This document shows positions 30,602 through 39,688 of a DNA stretch of 64,000 nucleotides, piece by piece (the first letter of the stretch is position 1; each line of letters starts with the position of its first letter). Origin of the DNA: Candidatus Sulfotelmatobacter sp. (GTDB lineage Bacteria; Acidobacteriota; Terriglobia; Acidiferrales; UBA7541). Below the pieces are notes generated by a model. That model was given only the letters and a program-made list of their open reading frames with translations, had not been told where the DNA came from and made no database searches. The position numbers were made by a program, and so were the translations under genes. The stretch covers positions 25,292-89,291 of the forward strand of contig DASPSD010000031.1 in NCBI GenBank assembly GCA_035624115.1, written 5' to 3'.

Positions 30602-31422
30602 AGCTCTGTCGCTTCCAGCCAATTGAACTCCCGGCGAAGGAATTGAGCCGCTCGGCGCACGCCGTTCATCCCGCGCCCCGCAGCGGCATCATCGAAGGCC
30701 ACACGGTTGTGGAGATCATTGCCGAATTGTGGGGAACGCGGGAACGCACGGGGAAATCCTGGCCGCTTGAGACAGTGAAACTGCTGCCTCCTTCGGCGCC
30801 GAGCAAGATCGTTTGCGTGGGGAAAAACTACGTGGATCACGCCGCCGAAATGGGAGGCCCGCCACCGAAAGAGCCGGTTATTTTTCTTAAGCCGCCTTCC
30901 TCCATCATCGCGCCCGAGGAGCCCATCATTCTGCCGCGCATTTCGAAGCGCGTCGATTACGAGGGAGAAATTGCCGCGATCATGGCACGGCCGTGCCATG
31001 AGCTGCGCCCGGACGAAGATGTGCGGCCTTATATCGCCGGCTACACCTGCTTCAACGACGTGACCGCGCGCGACATTCAATACGGCGATGGCCAATGGAC
31101 CCGCGGCAAGAGCTTCGACACGTTTTGCCCCTTCGGGCCGGTGCTCGAGACGGAATTTGAACCAGCCGCGGCCACGATCGAAACGCTCGTGAATGGAGCG
31201 AGGAAACAGTTCATACGCGGCTCGGAAATGATCTTTTCCGTTGATGTTATAATCCGATTCATCGCCGAGGTGATGACGCTCGAGCCCGGAGACGTGATCG
31301 CCACCGGAACGCCCTCGGGCATCGGGCCGCTCGCCGCCGGGGACGTGGTGGAAGTGATCGTGAGCGGGATCGGAACGCTTCGCAATCCTGTCATCGGCCC
31401 CGGCAATGCCCGCGAAGTTTGA
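30598..31422 (+). CDS. fumarylacetoacetate hydrolase-family protein
   Basis: MKLCRF...KIVCVGKNYVDHAAE...DYEGEIAAIM...NDVTARD...KSFDTFCPFGP...GDVIATGTPSGIG. Confidence 0.9.
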   Translation: MKLCRFQPIELPAKELSRSAHAVHPAPRSGIIEGHTVVEIIAELWGTRERTGKSWPLETVKLLPPSAPSKIVCVGKNYVDHAAEMGGPPPKEPVIFLKPPSSIIAPEEPIILPRISKRVDYEGEIAAIMARPCHELRPDEDVRPYIAGYTCFNDVTARDIQYGDGQWTRGKSFDTFCPFGPVLETEFEPAAATIETLVNGARKQFIRGSEMIFSVDVIIRFIAEVMTLEPGDVIATGTPSGIGPLAAGDVVEVIVSGIGTLRNPVIGPGNAREV

Positions 31423-31484
31423 CGCGGCGCTGGCCGCTTGCGGCGGCAGGGGATAAGTGATCACCTCGAAGAGTTCCATAGAGA

Positions 31485-32003
31485 TTGGGAGAAAGCGCGC
31501 GAAACGCTGGTCGAAATCGCCGTGAGGGCCGGCGCGCGCAAAGTCGGACGTTGAAAGACTTATTTTCGGATTGGCACAATTGGGCGCCGCTGGCCGGGCT
31601 GGTAGTGCTGGCCATCGTCACCATTATCTTCTGGCTGATGCGCAAGCCGGAAGACGCCGCCGAGATCGAACGCCAGCGCCGCGCCTATTTGAATCGAGTG
31701 GGCAGGATTGTCGAAGGCCAGGTGCTCGAAGTGGTGAATCACCCGGGCGGCGCGAAGGATGCGAAGCGCGCGGGCACATTCGGCAAGCGAGCAGCGGCCA
31801 CGGCCAATGGCGCGCAAAAGCTGCTCTATTACACTTATTCGATTTCCGGCGTCACTTACGAAACCGCGCAGGACATCACCGGCCTCGAAGACCAAGCGCA
31901 TTTGAGCACAGTCATCGCCGGCCAGCACGCCAGCGTGAAATACGACCCCTCGAATCCCAGCAATTCCATCCTGCTCGCCGACGATTGGTCAGGCCTGAAT
32001 TGA
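31485..32003 (+). CDS. membrane protein, DUF3592-like
   Basis: One N-terminal TM helix (WAPLAGLVVLAIVTIIFWLM), then ...YYTYSISGVTYETAQD...VKYDPSNPSNSIL. TTG start is uncertain. Confidence 0.5.
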   Translation: MGESARNAGRNRREGRRAQSRTLKDLFSDWHNWAPLAGLVVLAIVTIIFWLMRKPEDAAEIERQRRAYLNRVGRIVEGQVLEVVNHPGGAKDAKRAGTFGKRAAATANGAQKLLYYTYSISGVTYETAQDITGLEDQAHLSTVIAGQHASVKYDPSNPSNSILLADDWSGLN

Positions 32004-32014
32004 TCTTCTGAACG

Positions 32015-33187
32015 CTACTCAGCGTAGTCCGCGGGTAAATTGTAGAGAAAAACCATTCGAATGCGGATGGATGGGCCGTGAAAAGCATCCGGGAGAGGAT
32101 CGAAGGGCGCCGAATTGCGGATCGCTGTGAGCGCCGCTTGATCCAGGGGAACTTTACCTGAACTTCGCTCAACCGCCGGTCCGTCGCCCAACTTGCCATC
32201 GTGCTGAATGTTCACCACCACGCTGACCATCCCCTTTTCACCGAGCATGACTGGCTCCGGCATCACTGCGTACCAATTCCGCTTGACTGCGGGCAAGAAT
32301 CTTCCGACATACGCCGTGAAATCTACACCCTCAGTGGGCGTAAGGATCTGGACTGCCGCTCCTGCGGCACCCAAGTGACGGCCTCCTGGTGGGCTGCCGG
32401 GAGGGAATGCAGGCACGGGGCCGAATTCCAAAGTATTCAACGTTTCCACAAGTGCTTCCAATCGATCAGGAGTCTGCGCGGCGACAACAAACGTCAAAGC
32501 GTAGCCTCTCACAACAGTCGAGACGATGCTTTCGTACTCAGTGTTGCCCAGCTCTCCCTTGGATTTGAAATCCATCCGCGAAAAATCCTTGCCCCCGAAA
32601 TCGCAATCCTGAGCTTCGTGAATCAGCATGAGGCCCAGATGATCCTCCTGACGATGGCGCCCTTGCATCGTATTGAAGTCTTTGCCGGTTTGGATGCCCG
32701 GTGCGAAAGAGACATCCACTGCAAGAATTGTGACTCCAGGGTTTACGGGGACCAGGGTGTCAAAAGGCCGCTCAAGAAGAACGAGCAGTTGGTGAGTCTT
32801 CGAGGCGAGGAAGCCCAAAACAGCAACACTCGGTGCGGTGGCTTTGGAATCCTGTGCCTTATCCACGTTTAGGAGGAAATCTCCCGTGCGCCCACTTTGA
32901 ACGGATAGGCTCTTCGGGAAGTGATATTTGAATGCGAAGAATTCATTTGTGTAGATGTTGTTCGAGACGAATCCACTTTCCGGCGTGATCCGGCGCGTGT
33001 CAAGCTGCTTGTCGCTCGCATCATTGGATTGTTTCCGGGTTGCAGCTTGCGTCGAGTCACTTTTCGATGGGGAGGGCTGCTGTGCAGCGCCGCGCACGGA
33101 TATGGTGAGAAGCAGGGCAAGGGCTGCCGTCGCGTTTCGCGTGACTGCCGGCTTGGATGACCAGATCATGCGGAACAAAGCCATCAT
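32015..33187 (-). CDS. secreted protein with TonB C-terminal-like domain
   Basis: Signal peptide MMALFRMIWSS...SVRGAAQ. C-terminus YVGRFLPAVKRNWY...VVVNIQHDGKL...LDQAALTAIRNSAPFDPLPD resembles TonB_C. Confidence 0.6.
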   Translation of the reverse strand: MMALFRMIWSSKPAVTRNATAALALLLTISVRGAAQQPSPSKSDSTQAATRKQSNDASDKQLDTRRITPESGFVSNNIYTNEFFAFKYHFPKSLSVQSGRTGDFLLNVDKAQDSKATAPSVAVLGFLASKTHQLLVLLERPFDTLVPVNPGVTILAVDVSFAPGIQTGKDFNTMQGRHRQEDHLGLMLIHEAQDCDFGGKDFSRMDFKSKGELGNTEYESIVSTVVRGYALTFVVAAQTPDRLEALVETLNTLEFGPVPAFPPGSPPGGRHLGAAGAAVQILTPTEGVDFTAYVGRFLPAVKRNWYAVMPEPVMLGEKGMVSVVVNIQHDGKLGDGPAVERSSGKVPLDQAALTAIRNSAPFDPLPDAFHGPSIRIRMVFLYNLPADYAE

Positions 33188-33339
33188 GTTGACTTGCAGC
33201 TGAATGGCCTCAAACGCAAGTCTGCGACCCGATAACGATTTCGTCAAGTAAGGGGAGAGCAGCCCGGCTGGCAGCAGCAGCGGCTTGCTCGAGGTGCGCG
33301 GGTGTGGCACGCTAGCCGCGCCGATTGTGGCAAGCAACC

Positions 33340-34908
33340 ATGACTGAAGACCTCAAGCGTCACGATGGGCTGGAAGAGCTGCGGCGGCGCAGCGCCGAAG
33401 CCGAAGAAGGCGGCGGCAGAGAGCGCCGCGAGCGGCAGCACAAAGAAGGCAAATTGAGCGCGCGGGAGCGCATCGAGCTGCTGCTCGACGAAGGCACATT
33501 CGAGGAGCTCGACAAGTTCGTTCGGCACCGCTGCATCGATTTCGGAATGGAAGAGCAGCGGCCCGCGGGCGACGGCTTCATCACGGGCTTCGGCCGCATT
33601 GACGGGCGGCTCGTTTACGTCTTCGCGCAGGATTTTACCGTGTTCGGCGGCTCGCTTTCGGAAGCCAACGCCTCGAAAATCACGAAAATCATGGACCTGG
33701 CGATCCGCCAGGGCGCGCCGGTCATCGGGTTGAACGATTCCGGCGGAGCGCGGATTCAGGAAGGAGTGATGTCGCTCGCGGGCTACGCAGATATTTTCCT
33801 GCGCAACACGCTCTCAAGCGGCGTGATTCCGCAGATTAGCGCCATCATGGGGCCGTGCGCGGGCGGCGCGGTCTATTCGCCCGCGATCACCGATTTTATT
33901 TTCATGACGCGCGACACTTCCTACATGTTCGTCACCGGCCCGGACGTGATCAAGACGGTCACCCACGAGGAAGTGACCAAGCACGAGCTCGGCGGCGCCA
34001 TGACGCACAACGCCACGAGCGGCGTAGCCCATTTCATTGCCGCCGACGACGCCGAATGCCTGGCAATGATCCGCGAGCTATTGAGCTACATCCCCTCGAA
34101 TAATCTCGAGGACCCGCCGCGCCGCGCAACCTCGGATCCATGGGACCGCGCCAGTCCCGCGTTGAATACTCTCGTGCCAGAGGATCCGCTCAAGCCCTAC
34201 GACATCAAGGACGCGATTCAAGGCGTGGCGGACGACGGCGAATTTTTCGAGGTGCACGAGCACTATGCGAAAAATATCGTGGTGGGATTCGCGCGGCTGG
34301 AAGGGCGTCCCGTGGGAATCGTCGCGAACCAACCGGCGTTTCTCGCAGGTGTGCTCGATATCAACGCGTCGGTGAAAGGCGCTCGGTTCGTCCGCTTCTG
34401 CGACGCCTTCAATATTCCGCTCATCACGTTCGAGGACGTTCCGGGATTCCTGCCCGGAACACAGCAAGAGTTCGGAGGAATTATTCGTCACGGCGCAAAA
34501 TTGCTGTTCGCGTTTGCCGAAGCAACGGTGCCGAAAATTACCGTCATCACGCGCAAAGCCTACGGCGGAGCCTATTGCGTGATGGCTTCCAAACACATCC
34601 GCACCGACATGAATTTCGCGTGGCCGACGGCTGAAATCGCCGTGATGGGTCCCGAAGGCGCGGTGAATATCGTGTACAAGCGCGAGATCGACCGCGCCGC
34701 AGAGGGCGAGCGCGAAAAGTTGCGCCGCGAAAAAATCGAGGACTTCAGGACAAGGTTCGCAAATCCTTACGTGGCCGCCGAGCGCGGCTATATCGACGCG
34801 GTCATCGAGCCTTCGGAAACCCGCGCGAAACTCATCACGGCCTTGCGCTCGCTGGAAACGAAGCGCGACCTCAATCCCCGCAAAAAACACGGCAATATCC
34901 CGCTCTGA
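33340..34908 (+). CDS. pccB: acyl-CoA carboxylase carboxyltransferase (propionyl-CoA carboxylase beta / methylmalonyl-CoA carboxyltransferase 12S)
   Basis: [18 protein letters not shown]...[13 protein letters not shown]...[13 protein letters not shown]...[13 protein letters not shown]...ends KKHGNIPL*. Confidence 0.9.
   Translation: MTEDLKRHDGLEELRRRSAEAEEGGGRERRERQHKEGKLSARERIELLLDEGTFEELDKFVRHRCIDFGMEEQRPAGDGFITGFGRIDGRLVYVFAQDFTVFGGSLSEANASKITKIMDLAIRQGAPVIGLNDSGGARIQEGVMSLAGYADIFLRNTLSSGVIPQISAIMGPCAGGAVYSPAITDFIFMTRDTSYMFVTGPDVIKTVTHEEVTKHELGGAMTHNATSGVAHFIAADDAECLAMIRELLSYIPSNNLEDPPRRATSDPWDRASPALNTLVPEDPLKPYDIKDAIQGVADDGEFFEVHEHYAKNIVVGFARLEGRPVGIVANQPAFLAGVLDINASVKGARFVRFCDAFNIPLITFEDVPGFLPGTQQEFGGIIRHGAKLLFAFAEATVPKITVITRKAYGGAYCVMASKHIRTDMNFAWPTAEIAVMGPEGAVNIVYKREIDRAAEGEREKLRREKIEDFRTRFANPYVAAERGYIDAVIEPSETRAKLITALRSLETKRDLNPRKKHGNIPL
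34845..34908 (+). repeat. direct repeat, left copy (intact 3' end of pccB)
   Basis: 64 nt recur at 41126-41190. The 33-nt identical core is 34855-34887. Confidence 0.85.
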
Positions 34909-35084
34909 AGCCCCTGCTTTCTTCCCCCCAATCTATTTCGAAGCGGGACAGCTCCGATATGAAGCGGCTTCAAAAATGAGAATCCACTAATTTTCTCCCG
35001 CGCAAGGTGAATCTGCCCGGTCTCCCGATTGCTGGATGAACCGCACGAGCCCAAAACGTCCCGGCGGGACCACGGAGTTCCATC

Positions 35085-38051
35085 GTGAGCGATTATCTGG
35101 CGCGGATTACCGGCGCAGGCATTTCGACGGAAGCGAATGAAACGCTCGACCCAAACGATTGGAAGGGCTTTCGCGCGCAGGGACACCGCATGCTCGACGA
35201 TATCCTCGATTACATCGAAACGATTCGCGACCGCCCCGTGTGGCAGCCGATGACAGACGAGGTTCGAGCGCGGATGCGCGGCACTTTTCCGAGCCAGCCA
35301 GCCGATCTCGCCGAAGTCCATGGTGAATTTCTGCGGGATATTCTGCCTTTCGCCGTGGGCAACGTTCATCCGGGTTTCATGGGGTGGGTGCATGGCGGAG
35401 GGACGCCGGCCGGCATGCTGGCGGAGATGCTCGCTGCGGGACTGAACGCCAACGTGGGAGGCCGCGATCAAGCGCCGCTCGAACTCGAGCGTCAAGTGGT
35501 CCGCTGGATGCGCGAGATCTTTGGCTTTCCGGAGGGCGCGACGGGCCTATTTGTCACCGGAACTTCCATGGCGAATTTCATCGCCGTTACGATCGCCCGA
35601 GATGCGGCCCTCGGCTTTGATGTGCGCCGCCGCGGTGTCGCCGCCAAAGAAAAGCAGCTCACCGCTTACGCCTCAACCGGAGTTCACGGCTGCATCGCAA
35701 AGGCCTTGGATCTTTCCGGCATCGGCAGCGATGCGCTGCGGCTGATCCGAACCGACAATCGCTACCGCGTCGATCTCGCCACGCTGGAAAAGGCCATCCG
35801 GTGGGATCGCGATGCCGGGTTGACTCCCTTCCTGGTAGTGGGGACCGCAGGGACGGTGGACACAGGGGCCATCGACGATCTCGCGGGCCTCGCCGATCTA
35901 TGCCAGCGCGAGAAGCTCTGGTTTCACGTGGATGGAGCTTACGGGGCGCTGGCCAGGCTCGCTCCCGATCTCGCTCCAAGACTCGAGGGCATCGAACGCG
36001 CCGATTCACTCGGATTCGATTTTCACAAATGGGGACAAGTGCCCTACGATGCCGGCTTCCTTTTAGTGCGCGATAACGCGCTGCACTTGAACGCTTTCTC
36101 CACCGGCGCGGCATACCTCACGCGGTCCGATCGGGGATTGGCTGCGGGTTCACCCTGGCCCTGCGACTTCGGGCCGGATCTCTCGCGGGGCTTTCGAGCG
36201 CTGAAGACCTGGTTCACTTTGAAGGTTTACGGCACAGACGCGCTGGGAGCGGCGATTTCGCGCACCTGCGAATTAGCGCGCTACCTCGAAAGCCGCATTG
36301 CCGAGACACAGGAGCTCGAGCTGATGGCTCCCGTGGAACTCAATATCGTCTGTTTCCGTTACCGGGCGGAGGAGCCGGACCGCGTCAACGAAAAAATTAT
36401 CATCGGCCTGCAAGAGTCCGGGATCGTTGCGCCGTCTTCCACGGTGATCGGAGGGCGAGTGGCGATTCGAGCAGCAATCGTCAACCATCGGACAGGCCGG
36501 GCGGAGATCGATGCGCTGGTGCAAAATACCCTCTCTCTGGGCCGCTCTCTCCAATACACTCTGCTGCAAGGAAAGGCCGCGCAGCAGACCGCGGAGTTTG
36601 ATCTTCCGGCGGATTCGAAAACAGCCTTGCAGACGGTGGAGCAACAGTTGGTGTCGCAGCCGGGCTCTGTCGCCCTGCGGTTCCTGCGCGCCGGGATCCT
36701 CGAAAAAATGGGCCGGAAGGCGGAAGCCAGGAAGGCCTATATTGACTTGCTCCGCCTCGAGCCATCTCATCTAGGCGCGCTGAACCATCTCGGAAAACTT
36801 CTGGCCGCTGCCGGAAAGAAAATTGCGGCGCGGACGGTCTATTCCGAAGCGATTGCGCGGCATCCCGATGACCCCATGAGCCGCGTAAATTTTGCCGCCC
36901 TTCTAATAGAGGCCGGGGAGCCCGAGAAAGCTCGCGAGCACCTGGAGCACGCCCTGAAAATTGATTCCACGTGCCGGCTCGCCCATGCCGGCTTAGGGTT
37001 CGCGCTTGCGGACCTGGGAGATCCGGAGGGTGCTTCCGAGCACCGGCAAATCGCCTATCGCGGGCACTGCGTGATACCAGTGGAGTATTGCGGCGAGCAG
37101 CCGCCGATCACGGTCTTGGAGCTGGTCACCACCACCGGAGGGGGCGTCCGGGTGGAGAGCTTTTTGAGCGAGGGCATGTTCCAAAAATACCTCGTCGCCA
37201 CGGAGTTCTACGACTCGAGCACGACCTTGCCGCCTCATCAACTCGTAGTCAACGCCATCGGGGATGCCGATACGGCTCGGGCCGCACTGGACGGCGCCGA
37301 AATTCTGCTCCGCTATACAACCGCGCCTGTAATTAATCCGCCGGCAGCGGTCCTCGGGACGGGCCGTTGCGATGTTGCAAGGCGCCTTTCCGGGTTGCCA
37401 GGCGTGATTACTCCGCGGACTTTAATCTTTTCGCGCGAATCACTCGCCGGATCCGACGCCCGCACAATGCTCGATCGTCATGGATTCGAGTTTCCTCTTC
37501 TGCTGCGAACGCCCGGCTTTCACGGAGGCGAACACTTTCTGCGAGTGGAAAGTTTCGATGAACTTCCTGCGGCGCTTCAAGGGCTTCCGGGCCGTGATCT
37601 AAACGTGATCCAGTACCTCGATGCGCGCGGGGCTGACGGAAAGTGGCGCAAGTACCGCGTCATGATGATCGATGGACGGCTCTATCCGCTGCACGTGGCA
37701 ATCTCGCGCCATTGGAAAATCCACTATTTCAGCGCCGAGATGGCAGACAATGCGGAGCACCGCGCTGAGGACGCCAAGTTCCTCGAGGGCATGGCCGGCG
37801 TGCTTGGGCCCCGCGCCCTGACGGCACTCGAGCGAATTCAAAATATCCTCGGGCTCGATTATGGCGGCATTGATTTTGGTTTGAACGAATCCGGCGATAT
37901 CCTGCTCTTCGAAGCAAACGCCACGATGGCCGTTGTTCCATCCGACGCAGACTCCCGATGGGACTATCGCAATCCTACGGTGGAACGAATTAATCAAGCT
38001 GTGTTGCGGATGTTGATTGCGAGGGCAGGGGTGAACAACGAAGCTCGATGA
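35085..38051 (+). CDS. fusion protein: group II PLP-dependent amino-acid decarboxylase + TPR repeats + ATP-grasp-like ligase domain
   Basis: aa 1 to ~495 form a complete Pyridoxal_deC-type domain (HPGFMGW, TGTSMANF, HVDGAYG, PLP-Lys motif SLGFDFHKWG). aa ~530-680 are TPR (AEARKAYIDLLRLEPSH...). aa ~690-988 are ATP-grasp-like (FPLLLRTPGFHGG...WRKYRVMMIDGRLYP...LDYGGIDFGLNESGDILLFEANATM). Confidence 0.8.
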   Translation: MSDYLARITGAGISTEANETLDPNDWKGFRAQGHRMLDDILDYIETIRDRPVWQPMTDEVRARMRGTFPSQPADLAEVHGEFLRDILPFAVGNVHPGFMGWVHGGGTPAGMLAEMLAAGLNANVGGRDQAPLELERQVVRWMREIFGFPEGATGLFVTGTSMANFIAVTIARDAALGFDVRRRGVAAKEKQLTAYASTGVHGCIAKALDLSGIGSDALRLIRTDNRYRVDLATLEKAIRWDRDAGLTPFLVVGTAGTVDTGAIDDLAGLADLCQREKLWFHVDGAYGALARLAPDLAPRLEGIERADSLGFDFHKWGQVPYDAGFLLVRDNALHLNAFSTGAAYLTRSDRGLAAGSPWPCDFGPDLSRGFRALKTWFTLKVYGTDALGAAISRTCELARYLESRIAETQELELMAPVELNIVCFRYRAEEPDRVNEKIIIGLQESGIVAPSSTVIGGRVAIRAAIVNHRTGRAEIDALVQNTLSLGRSLQYTLLQGKAAQQTAEFDLPADSKTALQTVEQQLVSQPGSVALRFLRAGILEKMGRKAEARKAYIDLLRLEPSHLGALNHLGKLLAAAGKKIAARTVYSEAIARHPDDPMSRVNFAALLIEAGEPEKAREHLEHALKIDSTCRLAHAGLGFALADLGDPEGASEHRQIAYRGHCVIPVEYCGEQPPITVLELVTTTGGGVRVESFLSEGMFQKYLVATEFYDSSTTLPPHQLVVNAIGDADTARAALDGAEILLRYTTAPVINPPAAVLGTGRCDVARRLSGLPGVITPRTLIFSRESLAGSDARTMLDRHGFEFPLLLRTPGFHGGEHFLRVESFDELPAALQGLPGRDLNVIQYLDARGADGKWRKYRVMMIDGRLYPLHVAISRHWKIHYFSAEMADNAEHRAEDAKFLEGMAGVLGPRALTALERIQNILGLDYGGIDFGLNESGDILLFEANATMAVVPSDADSRWDYRNPTVERINQAVLRMLIARAGVNNEAR

Positions 38052-38078
38052 GTATTTCGTCTTGGCGGTCACCGCCAT

Positions 38079-39461
38079 TTATTTGTTTGTGCCCGACCGG
38101 ACCCGAGGCGCCGCTGCGGGGGCGCGGAATAAGTTGCAGGCTTTGGTAACCGCCGCCTGTGTACGAAGCTCCCTGGCTGGAATTTCCAGGTTCGCCCGCG
38201 TCAGGGCCAAATCCCTCTCGGCTGCTCTTTTGCGGAACCCGCCGCCTGTGATGTGAAGGAGCACATGGGATCCTGGGATGATTCTGTTGGACCTGACTGC
38301 CTGCATCAGCGCGGCGAGCGCAACCCCAGCGGCCGGGTCTAGATCAATCTCCTCGCATTCTTCAAAAAGCCGCATGGCCCGAAGAACTTCATTATTTCTG
38401 ACCCCGAACAGATCGCCTTGGCTTTCCTTCAGGACGTCAAACAAACCACCGCCAATTGCATAGGGCGGCCTTTGATTCGAAAGAACGGAGGCCAGAATTC
38501 GTCGCGTCAAGGCTCTGGCTCGGCTCCGTTCCATGCGGATGAATTCGCGCCGGCCTCTCCTCCAGGAATCCAGAATGGGGGTGAAGGGCAAGTTCTGGCT
38601 GAGCATCAGCCGGGGGAGCGTGCGACTGAATCGTGAATTTTGGGTCAATCGTTTTGCGGCCACATGGGCCGCGATGGCTCCAGCGCCGCTGCTAATGGCT
38701 TGAAAATAGTAATCCGGCAGGGCGCCGATGGTTTCCACGGCGCTCAGCATCGCGGCTCCCAGCCCGTCGCGGCGCCCCACGTTTCGGACACCGCCCTCAC
38801 GCCGGAATCCTTCGCGCCGCGAAACAGCGTCCCCCAAGGCAATCGCGTCAGAATAGTCCGCATTCCCTGAGAGAGAGACGATTTTCACAGAGGGGCCAAG
38901 CGGGCGGGTGAACTGCATTGCCTTCATACCGCTCGCGGGAACGACAATCAGGCAGCGAATGCCGTTTTCAGAGCAGATTCGAGCGAAGGCTGCTGCGGAA
39001 TTCCCAGCCGATGCCACCACCAGAACTTCTGAGCCGCTCTGGGGAATTCGAGACAGAACCCCGTAAGCTTCCAGCTCCTTGAAAGTGGCGGTCTCGAGCC
39101 TGGCGCCTCTTTCCGGCCAATATCCGCTGAAGGTGATCCAAAGATTCGGAAGGCGGAGAATCGAGCTGAGACGCGCGCTTTTGTAAGTGACGGGAATAGC
39201 GGCTCCGGCCAACAGGTTCGCTGCAGGCAACCAACAGCGGTATCGGTACAAACCATCTTGTGTCTCATCGCATACGAGCGTGCGAGAAGAATACAGGGTG
39301 GTCAGCAAGGAAGCGGAGTGCGAGCGGGGACATTCGAGCATCCAACCATCGTCCGTGAATCGACAGCCGCAGGCCGGGCAAGCGAGCTGATAGTGCGCTG
39401 CCTTCTCGCTGGGGCGTTCCCGTTTGGGGACATCGAGATCCCGAATCGGGCTTTCTTTCAC
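38079..39461 (-). CDS. threonine synthase-like fold-type II PLP enzyme, resembling the cysteate synthase subgroup
   Basis: N-terminal Cys-rich segment (YQLACPACGCRF...LECPRSH). PLP-Lys context ETATFKELEA. VVASAGNSAAAFARICSENGIRCLIVVP. Subgroup assignment comes from memory of family motifs and is not verified. Confidence 0.65.
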   Translation of the reverse strand: MKESPIRDLDVPKRERPSEKAAHYQLACPACGCRFTDDGWMLECPRSHSASLLTTLYSSRTLVCDETQDGLYRYRCWLPAANLLAGAAIPVTYKSARLSSILRLPNLWITFSGYWPERGARLETATFKELEAYGVLSRIPQSGSEVLVVASAGNSAAAFARICSENGIRCLIVVPASGMKAMQFTRPLGPSVKIVSLSGNADYSDAIALGDAVSRREGFRREGGVRNVGRRDGLGAAMLSAVETIGALPDYYFQAISSGAGAIAAHVAAKRLTQNSRFSRTLPRLMLSQNLPFTPILDSWRRGRREFIRMERSRARALTRRILASVLSNQRPPYAIGGGLFDVLKESQGDLFGVRNNEVLRAMRLFEECEEIDLDPAAGVALAALMQAVRSNRIIPGSHVLLHITGGGFRKRAAERDLALTRANLEIPARELRTQAAVTKACNLFRAPAAAPRVRSGTNK

Positions 39462-39688
39462 TCTTCAGGAACCTCATTGCGGGCATCTGGCGGCACTGCG
39501 ATTTAATTATTTTTTTCTTAGAATTGCTCGCCGCGCGCGCGGCGTCCGGACGGACTCTTGCAATCGAGGTTCCCCAGCCTGCCTCCGCAATGGATGGCGG
39601 AACAGAGTGGGGCCAGTCCGAGTGGCACAGCGATTGCAAATCTATCCCGGCGGCCGGGTCGGCCGAACCGGCCATTCAAGATAGACCG

